From Octopus sinensis (lineage: Eukaryota), in the NCBI RefSeq assembly GCF_006345805.1, contig NC_043005.1, positions 310,001 through 374,000 of the forward strand: a stretch of DNA of 64,000 bases. Direction: 5' to 3'. The translations under genes and the position numbers were made by a program. Below, one piece after another: positions 11,815-24,830 of the stretch. The notes under the pieces were generated by a model. It saw only the letters and a list, made by a program, of their open reading frames with translations, did no database searches and was not told where the DNA came from. Numbering within the stretch: the stretch's first letter is position 1; each line of letters starts with the position of its first letter.

Positions 11815-12995
11815 GGAAAGTATCAAAAGTATCTCAGGCAGCCAAGAACCCTGATGACAAAGTAAAACTACAAAATGACGTGTGTGCAATATAAAAATGG
11901 GTTGATGAAAATAACATGCAGTTCAATGCTGATAAGTTTCAAGCACTCCACCATCGGCCCACAAACAGACTACTATAGAAATACATACGAATAGAGGCTA
12001 GAGCAATCCCAGAATTAGAATTGGGGTGTGACCTGGGAATGCACATGAGTAGTGATGCAACATTCCATGTGTATATTACCAGGATGGCAAAACTGTGCAG
12101 GCGAGTAACTGGACGGGTCCTTAGATCATTCAAAACCACAAATGAAGATACCTAGCTACTCCTATGGAGGACATTTTATCCTCAGTCTTCTGGATTACTG
12201 CCCATCCCCGACTGTGGGCACCGCAGAGCATAATATATTAGTGACCGAACTTGAAGCAATCCAGCACCACTACACAAACATTGACTCGTGAAACAGATGA
12301 GCTGCTACTGGGAAAGGCTACAAGAAGGGAAACTGGAGAGAAGGCGAGGAAGGTATGCAGTGATATGGAAGATCCTGGAAGGTCTAGCTTCCAACTATTA
12401 AATACTATACCTATTTCTTTACTACCCACAAGGGGCTAAAGACAGAGAGGACAAACAAGGAGAGACAAACGGATTAAGTCGATTATATCGACTTCAGTGC
12501 GTAACTGGTACTTAATTTATCGACCGCGAAAGGATGAAAGGCAAAGTCAACCTCGGCTGAATTTGAACTCAGAACGTAACGGCAGACGAAATACCGCTAA
12601 GCATTTCGCCCGGCGTGCTAACGTTTCTGCCAGCTCGCCGCCTTATCTATTAAATACTATACCAACCATCGAAATAGACGGCATTGCTTAGTACCAAAGA
12701 TACCGTTTTCTTCATCTCAGATAAGGACTCAGTATTGCAACAGCTTAGGCTGTTTAACACCTTCCCAAGGAACCTTAGAGATCTACAAGGGTTAGATGGG
12801 AAAACGTTCAGAAAGCACCTGAACAAATTTCTATCTGAACCCCCAGATGAGCCCACATGGTGACAGGAGGCACAAAGAAGAGCAGCTTCGTCCAACTCGC
12901 TTCTTCACCAAAAATAGTACCAAAAGGAGACCCCAAAACATTGAATGGCGGTGCTCCAGCATGGTTCCAGCTTCTGGCTGAAACCAGTAAAAGAA
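11815..12995 (+). mobile_element. Decayed CR1-group LINE, 3' fragment
   Basis: KW.DENNMQFNADKFQAL, similar to the family A and C 3' regions; 3' end GGCGGTGCTCCAGCATGG...GCTGAAAC. Confidence 0.8.
12412..12646 (-). mobile_element. tRNA-derived SINE with 17-bp TSD
   Basis: CTATTAAATACTATACC at 12395-12411 and 12647-12663; A-box TGGCAGAAACG and B-box GAGTTCAAATTC on the minus strand. Confidence 0.88.
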
Positions 12996-13369
12996 TAAAA
13001 GTGATACAGAGAATATTGATGTACAGTATTAGAGTGACACTGTCGTTTGACGTTTAAAGATGTTTCATAGCATTAGCTAATATGTAGGTGAGGATTAAGA
13101 CTGCTGAGAGCAACAAATATTTAGTGAATAAACACTTAAGCTTTAATCCATTCAATGAGGTGATGGTAGCACAAGCTTACATTGTTTCAACAGATCTACC
13201 GAAATAGTGATAAATATGGAAAATCTCTGCTCTGACAGTTAGGTATCAACTGGCTTGTTGAGGTTGTTGAGACTGAGAATTTCAAACAAAACCGAAAGAC
13301 TCTCAACCTAAAATATACGCAAAAGCAATTGTTAAACAAAACTAATAAAATTATTCTAGAAACACTTAC

Positions 13370-13465
13370 AGGATTTCCTTGTCTTTTGTCTTGTTGCAGT
13401 TGTATTGCAATTGGTGTCAAATCGTCGTTTGAATCCAGCATAAATAATGCAATGGGAGCACACAT
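13370..13465 (-). CDS. Lipoxygenase exon: MCAPIALFMLDSNDDLTPIAIQLQQDKRQGNP
   Basis: tttcag acceptor and CCT|gtaagt donor; 96 bp, phase 0-0. Contains the AP..L....L.PIAIQL...NP lipoxygenase motif. Confidence 0.93.
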
Positions 13466-13689
13466 CTGAAATATATATACATGCATATATATACATATGC
13501 ATACATAACCAGAAAGCAGAAAGCTGATTCGAAGACTACAGATCCAATCCATCACTGGAACTGTAAAAATCTGTAAAACTTTCAAGAAGTTTATCATTTA
13601 AATATATATGAGCATATATATGCATGAGAATACGTACATAAAACAAAATACACAGATCTTCACATGTACATACAAACAAAAATACCCAG

Positions 13690-13946
13690 TTGATGGGTAA
13701 ATACCCACCATCTGTCCGTTGCCCTTTGCCAGCCCCGTCTGGGACCTGTGCAGGTGGCACGTAAAAAGCACCCACTACACTCACGGAGTGGTTGGCGTTA
13801 CGAAGGGCATCCAGCCGTAGAAACACTGCCAGATCAGACTGCGCCTGATGCAGCTTCTGGCTTCCCAGACCCCAGATGAACCGTCCAACCCATGCTAGCA
13901 TGGAAAGCGGACGCTAAATGATGATGATGATGATGATGATGATGAT
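13690..13946 (+). mobile_element. SINE 3' portion with (GAT)n tail
   Basis: GGAGTGGTTGGCGTTA..AAGGGCATCCAGC core and (GAT)n tail; a related copy lies at about 19330-19598. Confidence 0.75.
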
Positions 13947-14064
13947 GTTGAAATTCCAATGAAGGTGTCTTTGATCTGGGTTAGAAACCAGCTCTTTCTC
14001 TATTGCCAAGAAATCTTGAAATATTATCTACATACACACACTCACACACACACACATGTTAATG

Positions 14065-14440
14065 TTTTTACTTGTTTTAGTCATTAGACTGCGGCCATGC
14101 TGGGGCACCACATTGAAGAATTTTTAGTCGAATGAATCGACACCAGAACTGGTTTTAAAGCCTGGCATTTATTCTATCAGTCAGTTTTACTGAACCGCTA
14201 AGTTACAGGGATACAAACACACCAACATCGATTTTCAAGCAGTTGCGGGGGACAAACACAGTCACAAAGACACACACACACACATGCATATAAGACGAGC
14301 TTCTTTCAGTTTCCATCTCTCATCTCCGCACAGAAAACTCTGGTTGCCAGAGGCTATAATAGAAGACACTTGCCCAAGGTGCCATGGCGCCACACTGTAG
14401 GACTGAACCTAGAGCCATCTGACTGGGAACGACTACTACT
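14065..14440 (-). mobile_element. Diverged copy of the 2059-2466 SINE family
   Basis: Co-linear similarity (ttgtttcagtcatt..ctgcggccatgctgg ... agaagacacttgcccaaggtgcca). Confidence 0.8.
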
Positions 14441-15103
14441 GTTATGCTTGGCACTCCACGTAGATTACCATAATCCACTTTACTTCCTGTATAGTCATTA
14501 AGTAACTTCTATACCGGGTACTATTACTAGTTATGACCTACAGGGCAAATGTAGATGAAATAAGGATAAACACAAGTTTATATTAGGGTTCCTCTTCGCG
14601 TTTGACCATTATGGTTGATTGAAACCCAGAAGTAAATGTTCCAAATGCTTTTTAAATGACCAGCCACAACAAATTACCAGGGACCGTTTTACTGTTTTTA
14701 GTTAGAGATAACTATGTGAAAAGTTGGAAAGATGACGAGGCATTTTATACTCGTTTTGGAATACAATGGGATGAGAAGGAAGTGTACAAGGTACAGCAGA
14801 AAATGGGTGAGAGATAGAAAAAATAACTAGAGTAATAAAAAGAGAAAAAAGAAAAGAAAGGAAAAACAGAAGGAAATAAAGAAAGAAGTAAAGAGGAAAT
14901 AAGGAAGAGAGAAAAAGGAAAGAAAGAGAGAGAGAGAGAGAGAGAGTAAGAAGGGAATGATTTGCACAGTTGAAGCAGAAATGAATAAAATATAAGGTAT
15001 ATAATATGTATAAAAAACGAAAACATAAAATATAAATTTACGGAGATGTACTTGCGTAGCAAGTGACCTGATCTGAGAGTGTGTGCTGAAATAAAAATAA
15101 TTG

Positions 15104-15333
15104 CAGAGTGGAAGGCGTTTATGAGCCATTTAAAAACACACAAAAACCGTTAGATTCACTTCAACATTTAAATTTAATTTGTCAAATATTTTTGTCGCTT
15201 TGGACCGCGTCCTATTCACTGACAAAATCCCGTGATGCAGCACGAAAATATTTTGACAAATTAAATTTAAATATTGAAGTGAATCCAACGATTTTGTGTG
15301 TTTTTAAATGGCTTATAAACACCTCCCACACTG
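15104..15333. mobile_element. MITE with ~90-bp terminal inverted repeats (Tc1/mariner-like CAG...CTG ends)
   Basis: Left arm 15104-~15190 is the reverse complement of right arm ~15245-15333; TA follows the right end. Confidence 0.85.
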
Positions 15334-15629
15334 TAATTGATTAAATATATAAATAAATTAATGGAGAAATAGATAAAGATAGTTAAGAGAGAAAGGAGAT
15401 AGAGACGAATGTAGAGTGAAGGGGAGGGCAGGCGAAAGATAAATGAAAGGGAGTCAACTATCTGTGAGTCATTAGTACTTAGGCTGAGGATGAATAGAAA
15501 CATGAATCCACAAACGATAAGAATTCAAAGGCTATTTTTAGAACGATGCATATTTTTTCATAGCTGGGTAGATATATTATGTGCATGTATGCTTGTGTGC
15601 ATGTGCATCTTTGTATCTAAGTGTATGTG

Positions 15630-15675
<46 letters not shown>

Positions 15676-15697
15676 TGTGTGTGTGTGTGTGACTTAC

Positions 15698-15829
15698 ATC
15701 ATATTCTTTTCTGTGTATAACACCATCCAAAATTTCTAAATCTGTGTAAAACAGACGTTTCTTTTTGATCAATCCTTCCAGTGTTTCTCCTTTCAGAACT
15801 GGTTCCATCATCGCTTCATCACACCAAGT
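15698..15829 (-). CDS. Lipoxygenase exon with apparent 1-nt deletion: (K)LGV/DEAMMEPVLKGETLEGLIKKKRLFYTDLEILDGVIHRKEYD
   Basis: ttctcgtag acceptor and GAT|gtaagt donor; KRLF..DL..L motif. Length is 132 bp, but the flanking phases require a length of 1 mod 3 (133 bp). Confidence 0.85.
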
Positions 15830-16399
15830 CTACGAGAAAAAGTTTAAAAGCACAAAACGATCAGTGGTAATCAATGGTCGTCTACATTAGAAAAAAACTA
15901 TTGAGTTGGGTTGATAGATTTTAGATAAATTCATTTGTTTTAGAGAGAAGGAATATGTTTTAGATATTAAGGGAACAAATTATTTTATTCATTTAGAAGT
16001 AGAAAGAAAACTTAATTAGATCAGCATTCATTCACATTCACTGACCACTAATGATCAGATGAATATCATACCATATAAAGTAAATGGACATATTTAAAAG
16101 AAATCTAAAGAAAGGAGAAATATCGTTTCAATTGAGTAATGAGACCAGCCCATAGCAATACAGTTTTATAATTTTTTGAACATTACAAGTTTGTATTAAC
16201 TGAGACGAGTAAATTGAAATTCTAATGATTTTGTCCCAATTCACAAGAAAAGAAAAGGAAAAGAAAAAATCTAAAACTTTGAGGTTTTGGGCAAATTTGT
16301 CAAAATCTAACTAATGTAAAATGTAACTAAAGTTAACTTTACTGCACTTTTAACTCTGTGATTTCTAATTAAAACCTTTATTTGGAAAATACTTGAATA

Positions 16400-16640
16400 C
16401 TTTTCTAAACGACTGTTAATTTGCTTCCGCGATTCAATAACCTGAAATTAGAGGTAAGAATATGGAATATTTCTTCCAAGCAGAGATCACATTTCGAATT
16501 CCCAACAGTAGACGGCGAAGTGCTATTAATATTTGTCCACTTAATATCATATATATCACCCCTATTCTTTAAAATCCAGATGAATTCACTCAAACTTAAA
16601 ATTTATTTCCCCCCCATTTTTGAACGAAGAAAGGTGGTTG
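16400..16640 (-). mobile_element. Penelope-like GIY-YIG C-terminal fragment
   Basis: LSEFIWILKNRG..YDIKW...KCDLCLEE.FHIL...LLNRGS, similar to the 32744-33202 ORF. Confidence 0.7.
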
Positions 16641-18348
16641 CGTAAACTTTGTTTAAAATAAGCAGAACAAGAACATATGTAATAATCAGAAGTGCCATCA
16701 GTTGTTACTATACATCTAAAAACTAAGCATTTTTATGAGACATTGCCTTCAAGTGGACATACTAATTTGTTCTTATAGTTACGATAATGCTTATTAGTAC
16801 TAACTTATGCTTGCTACCGGTAGAAATATCATGTACCCCATCTATAATGTTACGTATCACTGTATGGTTATTATCAGTTTCGCTATAGATTGAAGTAGAT
16901 GTATCATTGCATTTCCTTACTCAGCTCATTTAATTCAGATGAGTGTAGTTTGGGCTCAGCTGCCTCCTTTATACTATCTTCTGTAGTTCTTTAGTGTTTT
17001 CGCTACTACTGCTAACTAAATAGTTCATTATCCCACAAGAATCATTCATATTATGTTCCACCTTATCCGTATAGTTATTATTATTACTAGTTATATTACT
17101 AATATTTATATTGGCTTTATTATTTGTGCTTACTAGGTTCCTATTAGTTAATTCTCTAACTCTAAAAATTGTACGCTACAATAATTTGGGCTAGGTTCGT
17201 ACTTGTATTAAAAGCAAATCTAATCGTGTGCCGATTGAAAATCTGACTCTATTTGTTAGATGGTGGAAACTTAATGCAGCGAAAAATTTTGCAGGTATAT
17301 TTGTGACTATCTGAGTTCCGAAGACTGCATTATAATATAATATATGTGTCTAGATCTAGCTTTTCTTTTAGTGGGTAGGGGTCACTGTTTTTGTTAACAA
17401 CTTCATTTTTATATCTGGTGTATGTTTTTAAAATAAATCTATTACTACATTTAGTACGGGATTTACTTAAAATAACATCGTTATCCATTATTCTTATTAT
17501 TGTGGTGTTTGGCACGATGACTGGACATTTCATTATCTTTGTAGAGCTTTTTGTTTTATGCTCACTTATTTACTTATATCTGCTGGGTTCATAATATTAA
17601 CCTTATTCAAATTTTATTAAGTCATTCTATGTTTAAGTGATATTAGAACTATAGCCACAGCGTATTTCAAAGCAATCTTTGTTGGCATGTACCCTGAGAT
17701 TCTTATGATCCCTCACCTAGAATATACTTTAAGAAGGACTTCCAAAAACTTGAATCCTCAGTTCGCTTCATCCAGCCAAACTGAACAAAGCTGCATAGGA
17801 ATGTCTGCCTCCGATGAATGTGTAACGCAAGTGAATCAACTGAATGCTCATAAATGCCAGATCAAGGGATACTAGGACAGTTATCCAGCAGAAACACGTG
17901 TCGGATTGGTATTTGCTGAGAATAACACTTGAATAAATAGATTTTGAAGATGTATAATTCTCCATTCTTCTTTATGATGTCTTCTTGATTCCATGTGTGT
18001 ATACAGAACGGGTCTCCAAGCAGTTCGTGCCTATTAAATTCCACTTAGAGAACTACGTTAAGTGACACATGCTCTAGAACCACGCGATTGCCGCTGCCAG
18101 TTCTAATAAACCCACTTTTTCTGCTTCTTTACATACTAAAAAAAATTACAAGAAAAGTCTAGGTTTTTCCTGCATTAGAAAATCTGTTTATGGATAAAAA
18201 AACAAACAAACAAACAAAAGAACTGAAAGGGAAATTAATATTAAAACTGTTTTAATATCTGTGGACCTCGGTAATGCCTAGCGAGTCCCAGATATTTAAA
18301 TTATTGTTTAAATATATAATTGTTCTAAATAAGGATCTGCTGACTTAC

Positions 18349-18449
18349 TTTGAAGGGATTTCTTCACACAATCTTATTGATTTGGGGTTACAACGATTAA
18401 GACGTTGATATCCAAACCACGTGTCTTCCTTCCAATGTTTAAGAGAATC
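18349..18449 (-). CDS. Lipoxygenase exon (most 5' found): [33 protein letters not shown](K)
   Basis: catacag acceptor and AA|gtaagt donor; 101 bp (33 codons +2). Contains the W..D.WFG.QRLN.CNP..I..C..IP lipoxygenase motif. Confidence 0.92.
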
Positions 18450-19038
18450 CTGTATGTATGACAAAGACAACAAAACTAAACATTGATTTCTAATATAGAA
18501 ACAAGATTTCCAGTTTTATTTGTAATTGGGAGAAGGTTACATGCTGGCAGGATCGTTAGGGTAGCACACCGGACAAAATACTTAGTGGCATTTACTCCGG
18601 CTTTACATTCGGAGGTCATCTTTTTGTGGTCGATAAAGTAAGTTCCAGTCACTCACTGGAGTCGATAAAATCGAACATCTCCCTCCCCACAACATTTCAA
18701 GACTTGTGCCTATCGTAAAGAGGATTTGTAGTAGGAAAGGTATAGTTAATTAAGACCCACTACCAATACATAATTTGCATTTCATTATCGACCCCCAAAG
18801 AATCGAAAGCAATCGTGACTTTGGTAGTAATCGGAACGCCGCCGAGTTTACAATCCTTTAAATAATAATAATGATGGTATTCTTATATAAGCCTAACGCT
18901 TACCGTGCGATGACACGGATTGGAAAGCCTTCTTTATTCTGTCGAGGGCTTATACGCCACTTTATTGGACTATTTTCCTTAGTCATTGCACGATGATCGC
19001 CACGAGCTTTAAGCTTATATAAAAATGCCATTACAATT

Positions 19039-19101
<63 letters not shown>

Positions 19102-19329
19102 AACATATATATATATACATACATACATATATATAAGGAAGGAAGGCATAGGAGGAGGCGGGGAATCATGACCTTCGAACCTTGAGCCTCACAGCACAGA
19201 GGCAATGACAAGAGACCGAGACCTTTGGAGAGATGCTGTGATTGTTGGACAGCATGCCATGCTTGAAAAGATGAGTCAAGTAAAATCAAAATCAAAATGG
19301 AAATCGTACTTGTGGCTGATGTCAGCTCC

Positions 19330-19594
19330 ACCTGACTGGCACCCGTGCTGGTGGCACGTAATAAGCACCATTCAAGCGTAGCCTGTGCTGCCTGACTGGC
19401 TCCTGTGCCGGAGGAATGTAAAAGCACCCTCTACATTCTCGGAGTGGTTGGCGTTAGGAAGGGCATCCAGCTGTAGAAACCTTGCCAGATCAGATTGGAG
19501 CCTGGTGCAGCTACCTGGCTTGCCAGTCCCCAATCAAACCGTCCAACCGATGCCAGCATGGAAAACGGACATTAAACGATGATGGTGATGATCA

Positions 19595-19598
<4 letters not shown>
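19330..19598 (+). mobile_element. SINE with (GAT)n-type tail
   Basis: Same core as 13690-13946 (GGAGTGGTTGGCGTTAGGAAGGGCATCCAGC...GCATGGAAAACGGAC). Confidence 0.75.
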
Positions 19599-19641
<43 letters not shown>

Positions 19642-19643
<2 letters not shown>

Positions 19644-22600
19644 GTAGAAATAGGTTTCAAAGAGAAAAGAAACTACACTTTGTATAAATATGTAAAAACT
19701 AAAAATAAAAGAGAAAATGCACATTGCATATGAAAAAATATAGGCTTTTTATGAACAGCAATGATAAATATATACAATTAAATGACCTGAGGTAGAATTA
19801 AGAGGTATAAAAGTCATTATTTTGTTAAAGAGATTCAATGTCATACCGGTATTGTCAAAAGCTGTTCACTGTCTTTGAATGAGCACCGATTTCCAAACGG
19901 TGTCGGGTCTACTCTTTGTCGGAGTGACATTCCTGTTTTCCCATCAGTACCCGCCAAAAGGTGGGGGCATGTGTCACAGTTAGGCCGCCCGTATTTTTCA
20001 CTTTTGGTTCCTTTGTTAATAGATATAGTCTTGTGTTGGTTAATATTATTTTTAATGATTTCGGTTGCATTTTGCTCTTGATAATTTTGTGTGAGCCTAA
20101 AATTTTGTTCATTGTTTTATCTCCTGTGAGAATGGATAGATTTTGTATGATGATGTTGAAGGCCTCATTGTTTCTATGGTTGTGTGTGAAGAAGTATGGG
20201 AGTATTTTAAAGTCTGTTTGGTATTTCGGTTGACTTCCCTTAATGTTCGTATGTCTATTTCCTTTTCTCGTTTAATCCCATCAGTTATTAATGATGCTGG
20301 GTAATGTCTCTTGATTAGTATTGATCTGAGTTCAAGGAGTCTTCGTTCACGAGTATAGGTGTCCGAAACTATAGTACAGATTATTTTCGCTAGATGATAA
20401 GTATATTAATTTTTATGTGTTTGGGATGGCATGATTGAATAATAGGCATTGTTTAGAATATGTGGGTTCATAGAAGATGTCTGTTTCGATATGGTTATTA
20501 ACTATTTTAATTAGGATGTCAAGAAAGGAAGTTGTTTATTGCTGTGGTCCATGCTGATTGTATGTTGCTATTGATATCGTTGTGCATTATTTTGAAGTCA
20601 AGGAGTTTGCCCATGCTGTCTTTCCAAAGTATAAAGCAATCGTCCAAATACCTCTTCCAGTCTTCCTTTAAATAGCAATGAAATGAGGTGCCATATTTTT
20701 GTAGTGAGGATTGGTATATTTTAAGTGCTAGGTAACCCATTACAAGGTTCGCAATCACTGGGGCAGCTCGAGTTCCCATTGCAATTCCACATTTTTGTCG
20801 ATACTAAACTGTATCGAACATTAATTAGCTGTTCAGTAGGATGAATTTGAGTGCTGCAATTATGAATCTGTGGTTGATGCATCCTGGGATCTCTTCCGGG
20901 TATTTTTCTAGCCAGAAGGTGATTGCTTCTATACCATAATCGTGTGGGATATTAGTGTATAAATTCACCACATCGAATGATAATAACAGGGTTCCTTCAT
21001 TTATTGTCTTCGGAAGGTGGTTAAGCATGTCTAAGTCCTCCCTGATGAGGATTTTCACATATTTTAGAAACGGTTTGAGTAAGCTTTCGAGAAAGTTGCT
21101 CAAACGGTGGGTTTCACAAGCAGGGCTAGCAATGATGGGTCTGAAGTCAGTAGTGGGAGGTACATTAATGCATACGCTAGGAGAATTTTTGCAAGATTTA
21201 CAAATATGTAGATTTTTGTGTATTTTAGGTACTCCGCAGAATAGAGTAGATCTGTATTTAAAATTGAATAAATAGTTAATTTCATGTTTAGTGAGGCCCT
21301 TTCCATGTATTTAAAGTAAGGAGGATAAGCTTTTAAGTGTCTTCTGTGGTTTGTATTGTACTATCTTCTCATAGTAAATATTATTTTCCAATTTGGAGAG
21401 TATAACATTTTTGTAGTATTCTGTGTCCATCACCACTGCCGCACTTCCTTTGTTGGCTTCTGTAATGGTGAGGTTTATATCATTTTTTAACTCGATTAGG
21501 TCTTTCCATTCACTTACATTAAGTCTGGATTTGATTCGTTGTTTTTGTAGGGTATTAAAAGGAAAACTGGTAATGTGTTCATAAAAAGCATCAAGTGCTT
21601 TATTTCTGCCTATTGTAGGACAGTATTCACTTTTGTTTTTTACTATTGAGTCATCTTCGCTGGTGTAGTTGTGAAGTGCTTCTGTGAGGCGTAATTTTCG
21701 GCAGAAAGCCATAGTGTTAACCTTAATTTCATTCGGGTTCGATCAGCGGGGGGGGGGGGGTTGGAGTAAATTTTAAACCTCTTGCTAGAATTTTAGTTTG
21801 CGTAGTACTTATGATTTTCTTTGATATGTTGATTATTTCCAGTTGTTCATGTATATTTTGTTCCATTTCACATCTCTGTTTCTGTGATTTAGGTCTAAAA
21901 AATGATTGTAGTAGGTGGATTGATGTGGAAGGTTAGTATTGTGTTTGGTTTGGTGAGGGGAAAATGGTTGCACAGTGTGTCTGTGGTAGTATGTCTGTGG
22001 TGGGGTGACTCTGTAGTGGACTAAGTTTATGTTGTGTATTGGGAGTTGTTATTTTGTCTATGGTTGTATTGGGAGTTGTTATTTTTCTATGGTTGATGTT
22101 GTTTGGGTTAAATTTATTCTTAATTTTGTAATGGTTGTGGAGGGAGAAGTTCTGTTGTCTAGTTAGGCTGTGTCTAGTTGAATGCTTGAAGTATCCATGT
22201 GAGGCTAGATGTCAGAAGCAATTTTGTCCATTATCTGAGAGATGATGGGGGTAGATGGTAGGTAGTAGTTTCTCGAATGTGTTGGGTTAGTCGGAGAGGC
22301 TTGGGTGGATCTTTTTGATTTGTTGTTGGGAGCCTTGAAAATTACGTCCGGATTTTCTACTACGACGGATTCCAGTTTGTTGTTTGTAAGTTATTTGTAG
22401 GTAGATGTGAGGTGAGGTTGGTTGAGTTGTGTCCCCTAGATTGTCTGTGGTTTGAGCCAGAGAAATGTAAGGTCATTTTTTGCGTGGGTTTTGGTTTATC
22501 TTTTTTTCTTCAGGAGGGGTTATCTGATTGTTTTCTATGTTAACGGTGTTTTCGTAGTATTGGAAACAAAATTAGCTTCTCTTTCCAGCGTTGTTGGCAA

Positions 22601-23386
22601 TTGATTTCTTCAGTTTTTCACAGTTGTTTTTTTCACATAGTTTTAAAACAACTCTCCAACAGTTGACCATATCAATGTTTCCTTAATATGGAATATATCT
22701 CCTCATCTATGCTTTTAAATTTATGTTCATTTCTTAACGCTTAAGTTTAAGGAGTTCGATTTCCGTTTCCCTTTCTTCCAATGCTAGTTTCCTCTCCCTT
22801 AATTGTCTATGTTGGTCTGTTCGTTTGGTATTAGTTTAATTTAAAATTTATGAGGTAAGATTACTGGAGTTGAATTTAACCACCGTTCATAATTTCTGCC
22901 GTGTAGTTTTTTTTAATAATATTCCATAAAGAAAATTTTCTGGCTTTAATTCTCCTTCCAGATATTGATAATACGGTTTTTTAATTGATTGCATTGGCGT
23001 AAGAGGGAGGTTCTATCGTGTGTATGATCTGTAGGGGATTTTCATTTATGCAACAATTATGAGGTAACGATTGTAGAGTGGTGCATATTCGGTCAAATGT
23101 TGATTGAATTGTTTCCAGAGATTGCCCTTTCTCTTCTTGTGTAAATCGTTTAAAGTCATCAATCTTATTAATTATGAGTCTCAATTCGACTAATATTTTT
23201 TAGTTCCTTTAGATATCTTCGTTGAAAGTTTTAACTGAAAGTTTGGTATCTGTGGCATTTTAATCTCACGTGTAGTAAAACACAATAGAAATAGGTTTCA
23301 AAGAGAAAGAAACTACACGCGGTATGAATAAGGGAAAGAAAAAGAGAAAATGCAATGTTGGATATAAAAAATAAAGACCTTTTTAT
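19642..23386 (-). mobile_element. Near full-length decayed Penelope-like element with direct partial pLTRs
   Basis: RT pieces RKLRLTE, ADK-like EANKGSAAVVMD, FDVVNLYTNIPH, MGTRAAP..ANL.MG, RYLDDCF. TAGAAATAGGTTTCAAAGAGAAA occurs at both ~19645 and ~23285. The 3' end abuts (TA)n. Confidence 0.85.
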
Positions 23387-23720
23387 GGGTGCAGTAATCA
23401 ATATATTGGGCAAACAGGAATGTCTCTCCGAACGAAGAACAACTCTTGAACAAACAACAAATCCGTTATCCACTATACAGACAGATACAGGCCAGTGAAC
23501 ACATAAAAATGTGCTAGGAACCTTAAAAAAACCAAACTCCCTTACAGCAAAGAATGAATAAAGAGGCGAAACGTTCATTAATAAATATCATCATCCGAAC
23601 TCAATAATGAACACATAACATAATACAGGACACTACTACTTAACCTTACCAACAATACCACAACTTAATCCTTCATCTATACAACCAATCATATTACAAT
23701 CTATATATATCTACACTAAT
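23387..23720 (+). mobile_element. Inverted 5' fragment of the same PLE (GIY-YIG piece)
   Basis: GCSNQYIGQTGMSLR on the plus strand, opposite to the body of the element. Confidence 0.75.
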
Positions 23721-23847
23721 TGCACCACTTCCAGAACTGCTTTCTTCTTTTTCCTTGCATCTATTATCAACTTTATAAAACCCAGGAGATAACAAACAAC
23801 GCAACAATAGAACCGACTCAACGACACTCGTTTTTTGGGAAGTCAGT

Positions 23848-23947
23848 NNNNNNNNNNNNNNNNNNNNNNNNNNNNNNNNNNNNNNNNNNNNNNNNNNNNN
23901 NNNNNNNNNNNNNNNNNNNNNNNNNNNNNNNNNNNNNNNNNNNNNNN
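23848..23947. other. Assembly gap (100 N)
   Basis: A run of 100 N; the true gap size is unknown. Confidence 0.98.
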
Positions 23948-24830
23948 CTTATGATGTTGTGGGCGAGAATGAGATCACCACGGCGGCGGCGTTTTTCTAG
24001 AGAATAAAGGTCGAGCGTCCTCAGCCATTCTTCATAGGAAAAACTTTGAGACATGAACCATGCGGGTTAGCCAGCTTGTGGACTCTTTCGAGATACTGTA
24101 TGTCTTTGAGGAGATAAGAAGAAGAGGCTTGAATCCCGTACTCCAATATGGGTCTCACCAGCGTGACATAGAGTGGTAGGGATATGGCTGCTGTGAGCCT
24201 TCCGAATGACCGTCGAATCAAGAACAGAATTCCACGTGCTTTGTTTGCAGCATGGACCGCACGGGCCGAAGGCGAAAAGAGGAATCCACCAAGATACCAG
24301 GTCCTTTACCTGATCGGTCCTCTCCAGCAGCAGACGACCCGGCTCGAAATCAAGTTGAGTTGCAGGAGGGAGAGCCAACAGCAGATGACAGCACTTTGCA
24401 CGTTTCAGACACAGGTCCCATTCGTTAGACCACCTCTTAAATTTGGTGGAGCATCGACGAAGATCCTCTATATCACCGCGAGGAGCGACCAGTTTGACAT
24501 CGGCGGCAATAGAAGGGTGTGTTGCGTGAGGTCGTCGGGCAAGTCATTTATGAAGACTAAGAACAATAAGGCCCAAGCACTGAACCTTGAGGCACGCCAC
24601 TGCTCGCACTGGAGACGTCGGATCGCGAACCATTAACTTGGACTTGGAAGGAGCAATCTGAGAGGAAGGCACCAACCCATCGTACATATCCGGATGAAAA
24701 CTATATGCTTGAAGCTTGACAAGTAATAGGCGGTGGTTAACCGAGTCAAAAGCTTTGACAAGTCCAATAAAACGATGTCAACAGCATCACTATCATCGAG
24801 GATGCGCGTCACCAATTCTTCCATTACCAG
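23948..24830 (-). mobile_element. Decayed CR1/L2-group LINE RT fragment
   Basis: VDIVLLDLSK, LYVTLVRPILEYG..., LDLYSLEKRRRRGDLI. Confidence 0.8.

Noticed and set aside
13196-13369. Extension of the 13196-13597 ORF beyond the lipoxygenase exon
   Set aside because: It is read-through into the intron past a perfect GTAAGT donor and has no homology.
16880-18080. Short ORFs in an AT-rich stretch of the lipoxygenase intron
   Set aside because: No recognisable motif; probably old TE sequence, but I cannot assign it.
18908-19006. AG...GTAAGC-bounded open segment considered as the next upstream lipoxygenase exon
   Set aside because: It ends in phase 2 whereas phase 0 is needed, and has no lipoxygenase similarity; another frame resembles a decayed RT KKAF.SV.H motif.
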